NCBI GenBank assembly: GCA_951406725.2
Contig: OX597843.1
Location: 14,942,001-15,006,000, forward strand
DNA from: Octopus vulgaris
Taxonomy: Eukaryota
Reading direction: 5' to 3'
DNA: 64,000 nucleotides
Part shown: positions 23,770 to 36,440 of the stretch, piece after piece
Layout: each line of letters opens with the position of its first letter
Position numbering within the stretch: the stretch's first letter is position 1
The notes under the pieces: generated by a model
The model's input: only the letters and a program-made list of their open reading frames with translations
The model's database searches: none
Told to the model about the DNA's origin: nothing
Made by a program: the position numbers and the translations under genes

Positions 23770-23843
23770 AACCATTTACAGCTGTTTCTGTTTATCAAAT
23801 CGAAGTAAATTTGCATTTATCTTATTCCATCATCAGAATGATT
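23770..23843 (-). ncRNA. Type I hammerhead ribozyme A (diverged arm)
   Basis: AAUCAUU-CUGAUGA-UG...CA-GAAA-CAGCUG-UA-AAUGGUU on the minus strand. Confidence 0.7.
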
Positions 23844-24094
23844 TAGAAGAATATAAACAGAAGGAAAAGGAAAAAGTTTGTTAAGGCTTACATTTTAGTG
23901 ACTTTTTGGGTTCCACATGTGTGTTTGTTTCTTCAATTAGATGAATGGAGCAGTAAGTGGGGAAAATGACTAGTTGACCGGCAATGTTTGCCGAAGGAGT
24001 TATACCTGGTGGAGATATCCGGTGTTGGTAATTGTCAGATATAACGCTGTTAGTGACCGCTAGGTTAGTCCCCATGATGAAGTTAGATAAGGCC

Positions 24095-24167
24095 GGTTTA
24101 TGGGATTACCCTGGGTTTCACATCCATAAAGCTCTTAGCTTTACAGCACATCGTCAGATTCCAAACC
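24095..24167 (-). ncRNA. Type I hammerhead ribozyme B
   Basis: GGUUUGGAAU-CUGACGA-UGUG-CUGUAAAGCU aag AGCUUUAUGG-AUGU-GAAA-CCCAGGG-UA-AUCCCAUAAACC on the minus strand. Confidence 0.62.
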
Positions 24168-24287
24168 TGTTGGTTTATGGCTTCTTCAGCAAAAAGTCAA
24201 TAAAATGTAAGCCTAATGACTTAAACTTTTTCCTTTGCCATTTCCTTTTTCTTTCATTTCCCTTTTTCTCCTATTTATATTCTTCTA

Positions 24288-24361
24288 AATCATTCTGACG
24301 ATGGAACAAGATAAATGCAAATTTACTTCGATTTGATAAACAGAAACAGCTGTAAATGGTT
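24288..24361 (+). ncRNA. Type I hammerhead ribozyme A
   Basis: Stem I AAUCAUU/AAUGGUU (7 bp), CUGACGA 24295-24301, GAAA 24343-24346, palindromic stem III ACAGCUGU, GUA cleavage triplet (cut after 24354). Confidence 0.72.
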
Positions 24362-24780
24362 CTGAAGTACAATTAAACTATGACCTTTTAATACCAATGA
24401 TCAACTTCTCATTGTTTACTATTGCTCCATTTCTTTCCTTTCCTATATATATTAAACCACAGTTTTACCTTTAAATTACCTACTACGGTATACCTTATAG
24501 CTAGGACCATACATAGTGAGGTAATACACAAGGAGTGCCTATGGATGCATTTATCCCTTAGATGGTTGATAAGCATCGGAGGAAACTGCATCGGCATCCG
24601 TAGGCACTCCTTGTGTATTACCTCACTATGTATGGTCCTAGCTATAAGGTATACCGTAGTAGATAATTTAAAGGTAAAACTGTGGTTTAATATATATAGG
24701 AAAGGAAAGAAATGGAGCAATAGTAAACAATGAGAAGTTGATCATTGGTATTAAAAGGTCATAGCTTAATTGTACTTCAG

Positions 24781-24854
24781 AACCATTTACAGCTGTTTCT
24801 GTTTATCAAATCGAAGTAAATTTGCATTTATCTTGTTCCATCGTCAGAATGATT
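24781..24854 (-). ncRNA. Type I hammerhead ribozyme A (mirror copy)
   Basis: Reverse complement of 24288-24361. Confidence 0.72.
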
Positions 24855-24974
24855 TAGAAGAATATAAATAGGAGAAAAAGGGAAATGAAAGAAAAAGGAA
24901 ATGGCAAAGGAAAAAGTTTAAGTCATTAGGCTTACATTTTATTGACTTTTTGCTGAAGAAGCCATAAACCAACA

Positions 24975-25045
24975 GGTTTGGAATCTGACGATGTGCTGTA
25001 AAGCTAAGAGCTTTATGGATGTGAAACCCAGGGTAATCCCATAAA
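24975..25045 (+). ncRNA. Type I hammerhead ribozyme B (mirror copy)
   Basis: CUGACGA 24985-24991, 10-bp hairpin in stem II, GAAA 25023-25026, CCCAGGG, GUA triplet (cut after 25035), stem I UGGAAU/AUCCCA with one A-C mismatch. Confidence 0.62.
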
Positions 25046-25142
25046 GTTATAGTTTTCAGTTGAAACAATTAGCTGTCCTCTGATTGGGGTTGTTTGATGT
25101 TTCCCTTGGCTAATTCTCTGATCTTTTCTCGTTCCCTTGCAG

Positions 25143-25282
25143 ACATAGTCTCCTTGATGCCAAAATCAATTCGGTGTTATCGTTAAGCCAAGACCAGGCC
25201 ATCCTCAACGCCGTACAAAGCATCATCCAAAATATGATTGCCTGCGAGGACTCATCCCAGCAGCAGCTGTCGTTTCTCCAGA
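25143..25282 (+). CDS. NF1: Neurofibromin coding exon
   Basis: gttcccttgcag|A ... CAG A|gtatgt; 140 nt. HSLLDAKINSVLSLSQDQAILNAVQSIIQNMIACEDSSQQQLSFLQ vs NF1 HNLLDSKINTLLSLCQDPNLLNPIHGIVQSVV...YLQ. Confidence 0.96.
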
Positions 25283-28200
25283 GTATGTATATGTCCCCTT
25301 TGTTTGCATCGTCACTGCCACCCGTCATCGTCTCACCTGTCATTGACACTATCGTCATCATCAGCACCACTATCACGATCATTGTCATCATCTCCACCAC
25401 CATCACTGTCGTCCCTGCTGTCATTGACAGTCATCATCATCACCACCACCACCACCGTTATCACCCCCTCCGTCAGTGCCATCTTCATCACCATCTCTTT
25501 CATCATCAACACTGTCATCACAGCTTTTGTCAGCATCTACAAACATAACCACGGTCATCATCATCATCCTTCTGTTACTGGGTGTATCTAAGCAGTTGCT
25601 AGAAATAGCAGTCAGACTGCTTCAAACTATCCATCTGTCTTAAAAGGAAAACACTTTGGCCACTGTAGTGTTAGATATACAAAAAGAGGGGATGATCATG
25701 GTTGGAACACGTTTGAGGTTTAGTTTCTGCAGAAATGTGATTGAAGGTGCACCAGCTCCAGGTGAACCCTATTGTTTGGAGGATTCACCTAGGCAGAAAC
25801 AACTACAATCATGAGTATTGGAGCCGGCACACACAGGTATATCAAATACCATACAACATAAATTGTTGATTTATTAAAATAATCTCTTCCTCTCTCAAGA
25901 GGACGTATCATAATTAGCAAATGGTAATTAAGACCAACTCCACTTGAGATGGGGAGATCATCCCTAGAATCAAGAATCCTCCAAAGCTGACATGCCTTTA
26001 AAGAAAAGGACAGGCTTACTGTCTAGCGAGGAAGAGGATAATTGTGACATGTTTCTGGATTGATAGCCATCATCATCGTTTAGCGTCCGCTTTCCATGCT
26101 AGCACGGGTTGGACGGTTCAACTGGGGTCTGGGAAGCCAGGGGCTGCACCAGGCTCCAGTCTGATCTGGCAGTGTTTCTACAGCTGGATGCCCTTCCTAA
26201 CACCAACCACTCCGTGAGTGTAGTGGGTGCTTTTTACATGCCACCGGCACAGGTGCCAGGGGAGTCTGGCATCGGCCACGATCGGTAGGTACTTTTAACG
26301 TGCCACCGGCATGGAAGCCTGTCATGGCGGAGCTGGCATCGGCCATGTCAGCACAGCAATTATCTGGCCTTTATCTCCAGCAGCCAAGTGACTTGGGTTT
26401 ATATAAAAAAAGCATAGAAAACATGACCTTGGTAATTTGTGTTATATTAAATAGATGAACATCAATGGAATTTGTATCTTTGTGGTTCCAGTGCCAGTGG
26501 CACGTGGCACACAAGAAAACCATCCGAACGTGGCCGTAGCCAGTACCACATCGACTGGCCTCCGTGCTGTGGGCACGTAACAAACACCATCCGATCGTGG
26601 CCATTCGCCAGCCTCATCTGGCACCTGTGTCGGTGGCACATAAAAAACACCATCCGAGCGTGGCCGTTCGCCAGCCTCGTCTGGCACCTGTGTCGGTGGC
26701 ACATAAAATCACCCACTACACTCTCGGAGTGGTTGGCTTTAGGAAGGGCATCCAGCTGTAGAAACACTGCCAGATCTGACTGGCCTGGTGCAGCCTTCGG
26801 GCTCCCCAGACCCCAGTTGAACCGTCCAACCCATGCTAGCATGGAAAGCGGACGTTAAATGATGATGATGATGATGATGATGAAATATAACCCAAGATAA
26901 ATGACACATACGCATGCTCATACGTGCTTTCCCAAATAAACCTCACTTTCTTATGAAAGCTTGCACAAAACTATAATGTGAAACACAAGCACTTGATCAT
27001 GTGTGCATTGCAGTTTGAAGCCGAAACAGGTGTAAAGAAATGAGGTTTCATGACGTGATTTCTCGTTCCCTTCTCATTGATATAATCTCTCCATTACCCG
27101 TTGAACTCAACAAATGCTTTTGTTTTTTTTTGTTTCTGAAGCATTCGTTTATTGTGTTCCAACACCAAGTTATTAGTATTGCTATACCTAAATGAAATAT
27201 AGTGGGCTTCTTTCTGTTTCTGTCTACCAAATTTACTCCCATGACTTTGGTTGGCCCAGGGCTGTAGTAGGAGAGCCCAAAACCATGAAGATGCCAAACT
27301 TCTTAAGCTGTGTCTACACCTATGAGTACAACACTCTCACATCACCTGCGTACCCCAAGAAAGCTACCCAGAATTACAAACTGATAGACAATCCAGTTAT
27401 CATCATCATTTAACATCCGTTTTCCATGCTAGCATGGGTTGGATGGTTTGACAGGAGCTGGCAAGGCTGGAGAGCTGTACCAGGTTCCATTGTCTGTTCT
27501 GGCTTGGTTTCTACAGCTAGATGCCCTTCCTAATGCCCACCACTCCACACAGTGTACTGGCTGCTTTTTGTGTTTTAGTTTTCTTCTTTTTTAATCTTTT
27601 GAGTGCTGGAGGAAGCGGGTGCAGGTAAGGAGACGACAGCTTCTGTAATAACAGAACAAGCATTTGGGTAAGAGATTTGGGTTTCTGGTTCAGATCAGAC
27701 CGCCAGGTGGAGAAGACTTGAGTAAGGGCCTTGTATGAGCAGACTGGTGAGGGGGGTCACTGAGAAGCAGACTGAGAGGTGGCTGATGCCCTGATAACTT
27801 TTGATGGTGAACTGGCCCCTCACCATCAGACCTTGTCCCAGGAAGCATTGGACTCAAATGGAATGTAGGGTCTCCTTCACTTCTTGTGGAAATCTTGTGA
27901 GTATTTCAATGCTTTCATGGGTCAGACAGTATTTTGTCCAGGCAAACTCTCTACAGCCAGATGCCCTTCCTGTTACCAAGAAATGCAACACCCCACCCGT
28001 TTTGAAAGCAAGCCAAGATTTCCGCATGGCCAGATATGTTTTTCATGCAAGACCAGAAGCAAAGAATATCCTGCATATGAAGGTGATACTCGTTTACAGC
28101 CATCACACGATGTGTAGACAAGGAGGCACACAAACACATACATGCAGACACGTACACATATATGACAGGCTTCTCTTAGTTTCCATCAACCAAATCTATT

Positions 28201-30437
28201 CACAAGGCTTTGGTCATCCAAGGGATTTAGTTGATGACACTTGCCCCAACGACCACAATCGGTAGGTGCCTTTTACGTGCCACCAACACAGGTGCCAGAC
28301 GAGGCTGGCGAACAGCCACGCTCGGATGGTGCTTTTTACGTGCCATTAAATTTTTTAAATTTGTGAAACCAATTTTGTGTTCTTGTAGAAGTGCAAGCAA
28401 TTTCTTGCAGATAAATGTTAACAAAATCTTATATGGCCCTCCATTAAGATTCCCTGATCTGGAATGATTGATCACTTGGGCAGTGACTGATTTTAAAGTG
28501 AAGAAGAAGAAGAGTGGCCCACCATCAAACTCATGTTTTGTGTCCATCTTGAAACCAGTGGCATTTCATCCCTCTTTATGTTCCGAGTTCAAATTCCACT
28601 GAGGTTGGCTTTGTCTTTCGTCCCTTTCAGGGTCAATAAAATAAAGAACCAGTCAAGCACCAAGGTTGGTGTCCTCGACTTATCCCTTCCCCCAAAATTG
28701 CAGGCCTTGTGCCAAAATTTGAAACTAACAAAGTGTCATGTAGACTGGCACCATTCAGGCCAAATATTGGCCCCCTGTTTTATGTTCAAACTGTTCAGAT
28801 CCAACCTCTCGCACCTACCCGGCAATGTCCCTCTAGATATAAACAAATCGCATCCTTGAAATCTCAAATCTATGACAAAATGCATGATAAGTTGAATAAA
28901 TAAGGATTATATTTGACAGAATACTCTGAATGCCATAGGGTTAACCCTTTACCACGTAAATGGGCCAACATTCAGCCCAAGTATTCTCCCTGCTTTATGT
29001 TAAAACTTGCCTAGTCTGACCTCTCACACCTCTTCTACAATGTCATTTTAAAACTGAAAACTCAAAGCAATGAGGTAATGCAAGAATAATTGAAAACTGT
29101 AAATCATCATCATCATCGTTTAACGTCCGTTTTCCGTGCTAGCATGGGTTGGACGATTCGACTGGGGTCTGGGAAGCCAGGAGGCTGCACCAGGCTCCAG
29201 CCTGATCTGGCAGTGTTTCTACAGCTGGATGCCCTTCCTAACGCCAACCACTCCGTGAGTGCAGTGGGTGCTTTTTACATGCCAGGCGAGGCTGGCAACG
29301 GCCACGATCGGTTGGTGCTTTTTACGTGCCACCAGCACGGAAGCCAGTCGGGGCGGCGCTGGCAATGGCCACGTTTGGATGGGTCTTTTACGTGCCACCA
29401 GCACTGGTATCACAACTACAATTTCCATTGATTTTTGAGTGATTTTGATTTCTATTTCACTTGCCCCAACAGGTCTTCACAAGTAGAGTTTTGTGTCCCA
29501 AGAAGGAAAGGTATGCATAAGTGGGCTGGCTACATCTCAGGAAGAGGCCACGGGTTATGGTCTCACTTGCCCTGCCAAATAAAGATGATATTTGACAGTA
29601 AATCAGAAAGCTAATGGGTTAACATTTTAGCAGTGAATCTGGCCAAGTTCCTTTCAAGTGTTGGGCCTCATGGAAGCAAAGTGGCTGAGTTCCTTTTGAG
29701 CGTTGGGCCTCACAGAGACATAAACGAGACCTTTGGCATTCCGTTGTACTTGAGAAGAAGACCCCTCAAGCCAAGTAAAATTGCAGTCGTGGCAGATACT
29801 GGGGTCACGCAAATGGCACATAAAAGCACCTGTTACACTTTTGGAGTGGTTGGAATTCGGAAGGGCGTCCAGCCATAGAAAACCATACCAAATCAGACTG
29901 GAGTGTAGTGCAGCTTACCAGCCCTGGTCAATTCTTTACTACCCACAAGGGGCTAAAACAGGAGGGAAAAAACAAGGACAAACAGATTAAGTCGATTACA
30001 TCGACCCCAGTGTGTAACTGGTACTTATTTAATCGACCCCAGTGTGCAACTGGTACTTATTTAATCGACCCCAGTGTGCAACTGGTACTTATTTAATCGA
30101 CCCCAGAAGGATGACAGGCCAAGTCGACCTCGGCGGAATTTGAACTGAGAACGTAACGGCAGACGAAATATGGCTACGCATTTCGCCCGACATGCTAACG
30201 ATTCTGCCAGCTCGCCGCCCTGGTCAAACCATCCAACCTATGCCAGCATGGACAACAGATATGAAATGATGATGATGATATCTGGTCTTCCTATTTCCAC
30301 ACCTGCCTAATTCTTAAAATAAACAACATTATCATTGATATCTGAAAGCTATGAAATAATGCATGGATTTATTGAAGACAACGGTCAATATGCTAAGGAA
30401 TTAATAAATGCTTCTTTGTTTTCTTTTGCACACCCAG

Positions 30438-30484
30438 GTATTGGGTTTGGTGGACTGTGGAGGTTTGCTGGTGTATTTTCCAAG
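30438..30484 (+). CDS. NF1: Neurofibromin 47-nt coding exon
   Basis: cacccag|GT ... AAG|gtaagt. (S)IGFGGLWRFAGVFSK vs NF1 SFGFNGLWRFAGPFSK; phases fit both neighbours. Confidence 0.96.
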
Positions 30485-30585
30485 GTAAGTTCCAAAAGAC
30501 TACCTTACCATAAGGTGTGTTTGGGTGTGTGTGTGTGTGTGGTGATAGTTGTGGCAGCCTCTGCTTTGTGTGTGTCATCTATCTA

Positions 30586-30619
<34 letters not shown>

Positions 30620-30696
30620 ATCAGTTGTACTAATTATGGTCGATAGAAACATTTATAGATTGTGTTTTATATTAACTGTGTGTGTGTATGTGTATA

Positions 30697-31007
30697 TATA
30701 TATTAGAAGAAATGAGGTACTCAGAAGATCGGATGGTTTATATTTATAGATATTTATTTGTATATTACATTTTTTATATATATATATATATCGTTTCACT
30801 TAGATCACTAGCGCTTTCTCCCATTCTAGTGGGGTTTTCATTTCAAACTTAGTTTGATTTGAAAACCCCACTAGAATGGGAGAAAGCGCTAGTGATCTAA
30901 GTGAAACGATATATATATATATATATATAAAAAATGTAATATACAAATAAATATCTATAAATATAAACCATCCGATCTTCTGAGTACCTCATTTCTTCTA
31001 ATATATA
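30697..31007. repeat. Near-perfect fold-back element, ~145-bp arms
   Basis: tattagaagaaatgaggtactcagaagatcggatgg... mirrored by ...ccatccgatcttctgagtacctcatttcttctaata; centre about 30841-30859. Confidence 0.9.
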
Positions 31008-31325
31008 ATACCTGTACATCATCTCCAAACCTTCCAATGTATATATATATATATATGTATGTATGCATGTATATGTATGTACGTATATATCTATGTATGT
31101 CTATATATCTATCTATATGTGTGTGTGTGTGTGTATAAAGAAAATCATCACAATGATGCAAAACAACCAAAAAGTTAGAAAGAATTTGGCTGTTGATCCT
31201 GCAACGAGTTCTATGAGTCTCTTGAAGGATTTGAGAGCCATGGTCACTGTCACAATGTGTGATGCTGTGATCCATTCTATTTCGTCAGCTAGGGTCATAC
31301 TCATTTAATGACCTGGCAGCCTTCT

Positions 31326-31362
<37 letters not shown>

Positions 31363-33209
31363 GTACATGTACATAATATATGTGTGTGTATGTGTATACA
31401 TATATATGTGTGTTTATTGTGATGTGTATTAAGAAGCAGAGAAAAGATGATGACAGTCGTGATGAATGGCCTATCATCACACTCAACAATTGTTGTTGCT
31501 CAGCTGTGGCTCTCTGAGTACACAAAAGCACTCCCCTGTGCTCCTTTCCAATGTGCCACATTACTCTGACATTCACCTCTATATTTTCTCTTCTATTGAG
31601 TCACCTTCCACTTGGTACTCCACTGCTTTAATCTTGAGTAAATTACATAACTCAGCCCCACAGCTGAATATCCTGTTGCACTCAGTTCTTTTTGAGTACA
31701 ATGCCTTACTCAACCCCATTCCTCTAAGCACCCAACACTACTCAAACATGCCTATCTGCATATACAGTAGTATTGCTCAGACATATCTCTGGCTACAACC
31801 ACACTCAGTCATGGCTGTGAGTACTCAAAAGTAGAAATTTTGTCTGTGTGTGGTGGCCACCAGTAAGACTGCAGGCAATATGGGCAGCACCCATTTTCAC
31901 GTGTTTCTGTATGCAAAGCCAAGTTTAACAAAGATGGATATTCATTAGCTCAATTCATGTTACATATGTTTCAATAGCCTAGTAATTTATTTGCACATGA
32001 TGTATTGCATAATATTTTATATGCTAATTTACCAGCCATTTCATCAGGTGATGTGAACTATTGGTAGACAGTATATATATATATATATATTATTTATACA
32101 CGCACACATACACACACACATATATATATATGGGAACACCTGTTTACGAACACCTCTTCTCACAAACAAATTGGTTTACAAGCAATTTTTTAACATGAAA
32201 CACCTCAGGTGACAAACAGTGTAATAAACATGCAAATTAACAACAATCGTTAGCAACAAGCTGGAAGTATTTGTTGAGGAGCATCAGTTGCTGTCTGGCT
32301 CTCACTCCATGCACATCCCTGCTTGAATTCACTGTGTCTTCTTTTGAATTTTCTATGGGAAAAATAGTTTCAGTTTACAAACATTTTGGGTGACAAACTT
32401 AAACCATCGCAGCTGTAACATAAAGAAGTGGGTTTGATGATCCACCCCAAGATTTGAGAATGGTGAAACTGTTTGTTGTAATGTTGTCAATGGCAAGAAC
32501 AACATGACATCATTGTGGAGGCAGTTCAAGGGGTGGGGAGAAGTACTCAGTGCAGTGAATAAGAGTAGAGTAATATTTCTTCAAAACTGAATGTGTTGCT
32601 TCCCAAGTCTCCCATATGCATGTAAATATGTCTGTGACACACATACACACACATTTTTATTAATATTTGTTAGAAGCAACAGTAATTCAAAGGTCAAGAG
32701 CCTTGTGCGTTGGCATTTATATGTATATATGTATACTCACACATACACACATATATATATATCACATATGTATAGGTCAGACCTATATTTATTAAGGCGG
32801 CGAGCTGGCAGAAACGTTAGCACACCGGGCGAAATGCGTAGCCGTATTTCGTCTGGCGTTACGTTCTGAGTTCAAATTCCGCCACGGTCGACTTTGTCTT
32901 TCATACTTTCGGGGTCGATAAATTAAGTACCAGTTACACACTGGGGTCGATGTAATCGACTTAATCCGTTTGTCCCCTCTATGTTTAGCCCCTTGTGGGT
33001 AATAAAGAAACGGGTATATTTATGTGTGTGTGTACACAGCTTCCTAGATTGGTAGATATACACTTGTGTATGTATTATATCTGTTCTATGTGTTTTATAT
33101 AAATATAACTTATTACATATATATTTTATGTCTGTATATAAAAATATGTGTATTTATATGTGTATATCAATATCTATGTTTTATGTTATGCTAAGAAATA
33201 GTGCAGAGT

Positions 33210-35027
33210 CCCACATTTCCATAGCGTGATCATTTATTCAGTACTGCATAATATTACATGATATTACATTATTACATGACCACACCATTTCATCAGGCAA
33301 TATTCACCATCAAACTGTGAAGGAATATATTTGCAGGTAGATATATTGAAATCATGAGTTGTTTTGGAATACTGCTTTATTGAAGCTGCTCATTTTGGAA
33401 AGGGGACAGTTTGAATTATAGCCAATCAAATCACTATACATGCAATGGCAGCAAAAATGATTATAATAATGGTAGATATCAAAGTTAAAAACATTTACCA
33501 GCCAAACACAACAAACTACACCAAATTGTTGTTAGAATATTTGCAAAGTGGAGTCAAGATCACCTCAGCGAGTCTTGTATAGGCATTGAGTCATCTAAAT
33601 TGCAATAATAGAGTCCAACCAAACGGTGATATTTTGAAATCATTCAACATACAACTTTCAGGTCAGCATAGTATATGATAGGAAATACATCTATCACTTA
33701 AGATCTTCCTCAGTTAAAAATGTTCTGTGGTACATGTCATATAAGGGATGCAGTGTCTGTTATATACTATGCAGGCCTGAAATGTACGTATTAAATGGTT
33801 TCAAAATATCAGTATCACTATATGTGTGTGTATATATATATATACACACACATACACATGCATATATGTATATATATTGTTGACAATATATAAATTTGGT
33901 CCAATGGTAGAACATCTGTCATGTTGACTGGTGATGTCGCTGTAAGTCCAACAGGCAGCCTTTGACTTTTACTATCCAAAGGGGGTTTTTAACTCTATGC
34001 TTATACACTGTTATCTATAGCCTTATCTGCTTCAAGATTCCACAGGATTTAATTTGAAGCTACTGTTAGTAGTTTAGTGTAGCATGTGTTTCTGATGAAT
34101 CTCTCACATTCTGATGAATCTCTCACAACATGGCTGGCCTTTTCATTTCCTGTTATCCTTTCTTCTGTTTCCTCAAAAACCAGTATCCTTCCTCATTTCT
34201 TTCAAGAAAGACCAGCCATGTTGTATATCTGTTTCTGAAAGATGGCTTAGAAACACACCAATCACTATACAAGCTTGTTAGACCATCATGTTTTCACAGC
34301 ATGAAACAAGCAGCAGCTTGGATTTAAATCCTGTTTGTATTAAATGACATGCATGTGCACTCTTCCTCATATGACTTCTGAATGTCTGTCAAACTGTTTG
34401 TTTCCTTCATAAATATCCAGAATGTTGGTTTCGTTAAATTTATGACTACACACTTCGATCCATCACCTGTGTATTAGAGAACCTTATTACATTTATGTCA
34501 TTTAATTGTAAACCATTGTTGTTGTTCTGTGCATGGGTGTTACCGTATCAGTCTCCTCCACCTGTGTGTAATTCTCTCCTTAATAATTAGAACCCAACAA
34601 AGAATGGAAACATAAAACACCAAGAGTCACTCAGATCCATCGCTGAATCTGTATATGTATGTATGTCTCTATCTACACTCACACACACGTTCGAGAGAAA
34701 CAAGAACAAACAGCTTAAAAATTTGTGCTACCCACATTTCCATAGCGTGATTATTTATTCAGTACTGCATAATATTACATGATATTACATTATTACATGA
34801 CCACACCATTTCATCAGGCAATATTCCCCATCAAACTGTGAAGGAATATATTTGCAGGTAGATATATTGAAATCATGAGTTGTTTTGGAATAATGCTTTA
34901 TTGAAGCTGCTCATTTTGGGAAGGGGGCAGTTTGAATTACAGCCAATCAAATCACTATACATGCAATGGCAGCAAAAATGGTTATAATAATGGTAGATAT
35001 CAAAGTTAAAAACATTTACCAGCCAAA
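33210..35027 (+). repeat. Dispersed direct duplication of ~297 bp (33210-33506 and 34731-35027)
   Basis: cccacatttccatagcgtgat...aaacatttaccagccaaa occurs twice with few substitutions. Confidence 0.9.
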
Positions 35028-35501
35028 AGTTTATGAAAAGACATTTACAGCAATAAATTATTCACCTGTCAAAAGCTTTTACAAATTGGTTTGTATGACT
35101 ATGCAATATAAGATACATATATATATATAAATAATGAGGGAGATAAATTAATATTAATTTTAATATCAATTTAAAACCAGTAGTCCAGCATACAAAAAAT
35201 CTGAGAAGTCAGAGAAAATTCTAATATATGTGTATATTGGCAGGGCTTACTGCTAGGAAGTCGGCCGAATGCTAGAAATAGACCATCAACAATCAAACTA
35301 CAAGGAAATTCTCTAGAGGAAAGAATTCAGCGAACACCAGAACCAAATTTGGCGGGCAGGACAGATGAAAATTTATATAAAAAACAGAATATATATACAC
35401 ACACACCAACGGAAGGTGAAAGAGACTAAACCAGCTTAGGAACTGATTTCTAAGAAGTCAAGGGACCCTACTAAGTATGTGTGTGTGTGTGTGTGTGTGT
35501 G

Positions 35502-35541
<40 letters not shown>

Positions 35542-35542
35542 G

Positions 35543-35783
35543 CAACATCACAATCAAGGAACGGCCATAATAGGCCATTCACCCACTAGAAATAACAGCC
35601 AAAAGCTTTAACCGCAAAATAACATTAATACCGTAAACCAGGAGAAAATTGAAAAACTTAGGGTAAAAGTTTTTCAATTTTCTCCTGGTTTACGGTAGTA
35701 ATGTTATTTTGCGGTTAAAGCTTTTGGCTGTTATTTCTAGTGGGTGAATGGCCTATTATGGCCGTTCCTTGATTGTGATGTTG
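35543..35783. repeat. Near-perfect fold-back element, 117-bp arms, 7-nt loop
   Basis: 35543-35659 is the reverse complement of 35667-35783; adjacent to (TA)n. Confidence 0.9.
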
Positions 35784-36440
35784 AACGTAAAAATGGTTTA
35801 TGACTATTTAATTTTTTCCTACTAGGCCGCTGGTGGCAAAAGAATTCTACAAAAATTTTTTTGCCACCCTATATTGATTATATATTATATGTGTATATTT
35901 GTATTCTTTGTGTATTCAATCATTGTCACACTAAGGGAATAGTTGGAGGAATAAGTGTGAAAGTTTTGTAGGAGATTATGAAGGGGCAACTAGAGAGTGT
36001 GTGACAGCAGAAGAAGTAAAATGAAAGTGTGTGGAAAGATGATGTATTCCTTTGAAATATCATTCAAAGAAAATATACAACTGTAGAGTAATAATTTATG
36101 AGTCAGATGGGATAGTCTGAGTTATCTTCCCTTTATATGTGTGTGTGTGTATGCACACATACACACACACACACACACATAAATATATTGACATGACTGG
36201 GTGTAATGTTTATATGCATCATCATCCTCATCATCATTTAATGTCTGTGCTGGCATGGGTTGGATGGTTTGACAGGAACTGGCAAAGCCAGGGGCCATAC
36301 CAGGTTCTATGTCTGTTCTGGCATAGTTTCTACAGCTGGGTGCTCTTCCTGACACCAACCTCTCTACAGGGTGCACCGGGTGCTTTTTACATGGCACCCA
36401 CAGCTAAGTAGCTTATCAGACAAAAGAAATATACATACAT

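Larger units (their letters stand above)
23674..25045. mobile_element. Three-arm fold-back element (Penelope-like pLTRs) including a ~950-bp near-perfect palindrome
   Basis: 24097-24548 is the reverse complement of 24594-25045 (mirror ORFs 24409-24720 and 24422-24733). 23674-23908 is a more diverged inverted copy of about 24185-24435. Confidence 0.8.

Noticed and set aside
23881-24298. Short ORFs inside the fold-back as possible Penelope RT or GIY-YIG remnants (MGTNLAV, KPNDLN)
   Set aside because: The matches are only a few residues long and cannot support a coding call without a profile search.
24097-25045. Palindrome as an assembly or chimeric-read artefact
   Set aside because: The arms differ by several transitions, there is a unique ~45-bp spacer and a third diverged arm exists; long-read confirmation is still advisable.
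25283-25591. His-rich and hydrophobic ORF extensions after the 140-nt exon
   Set aside because: They lie past the gtatgt donor in degenerate (CAT/CAC)n repeats; NF1 homology continues at 30438.
34130-34460. Possible decayed transposase on the minus strand (VCSHKF...)
   Set aside because: Only a short motif with stops in all frames; not recognisable.
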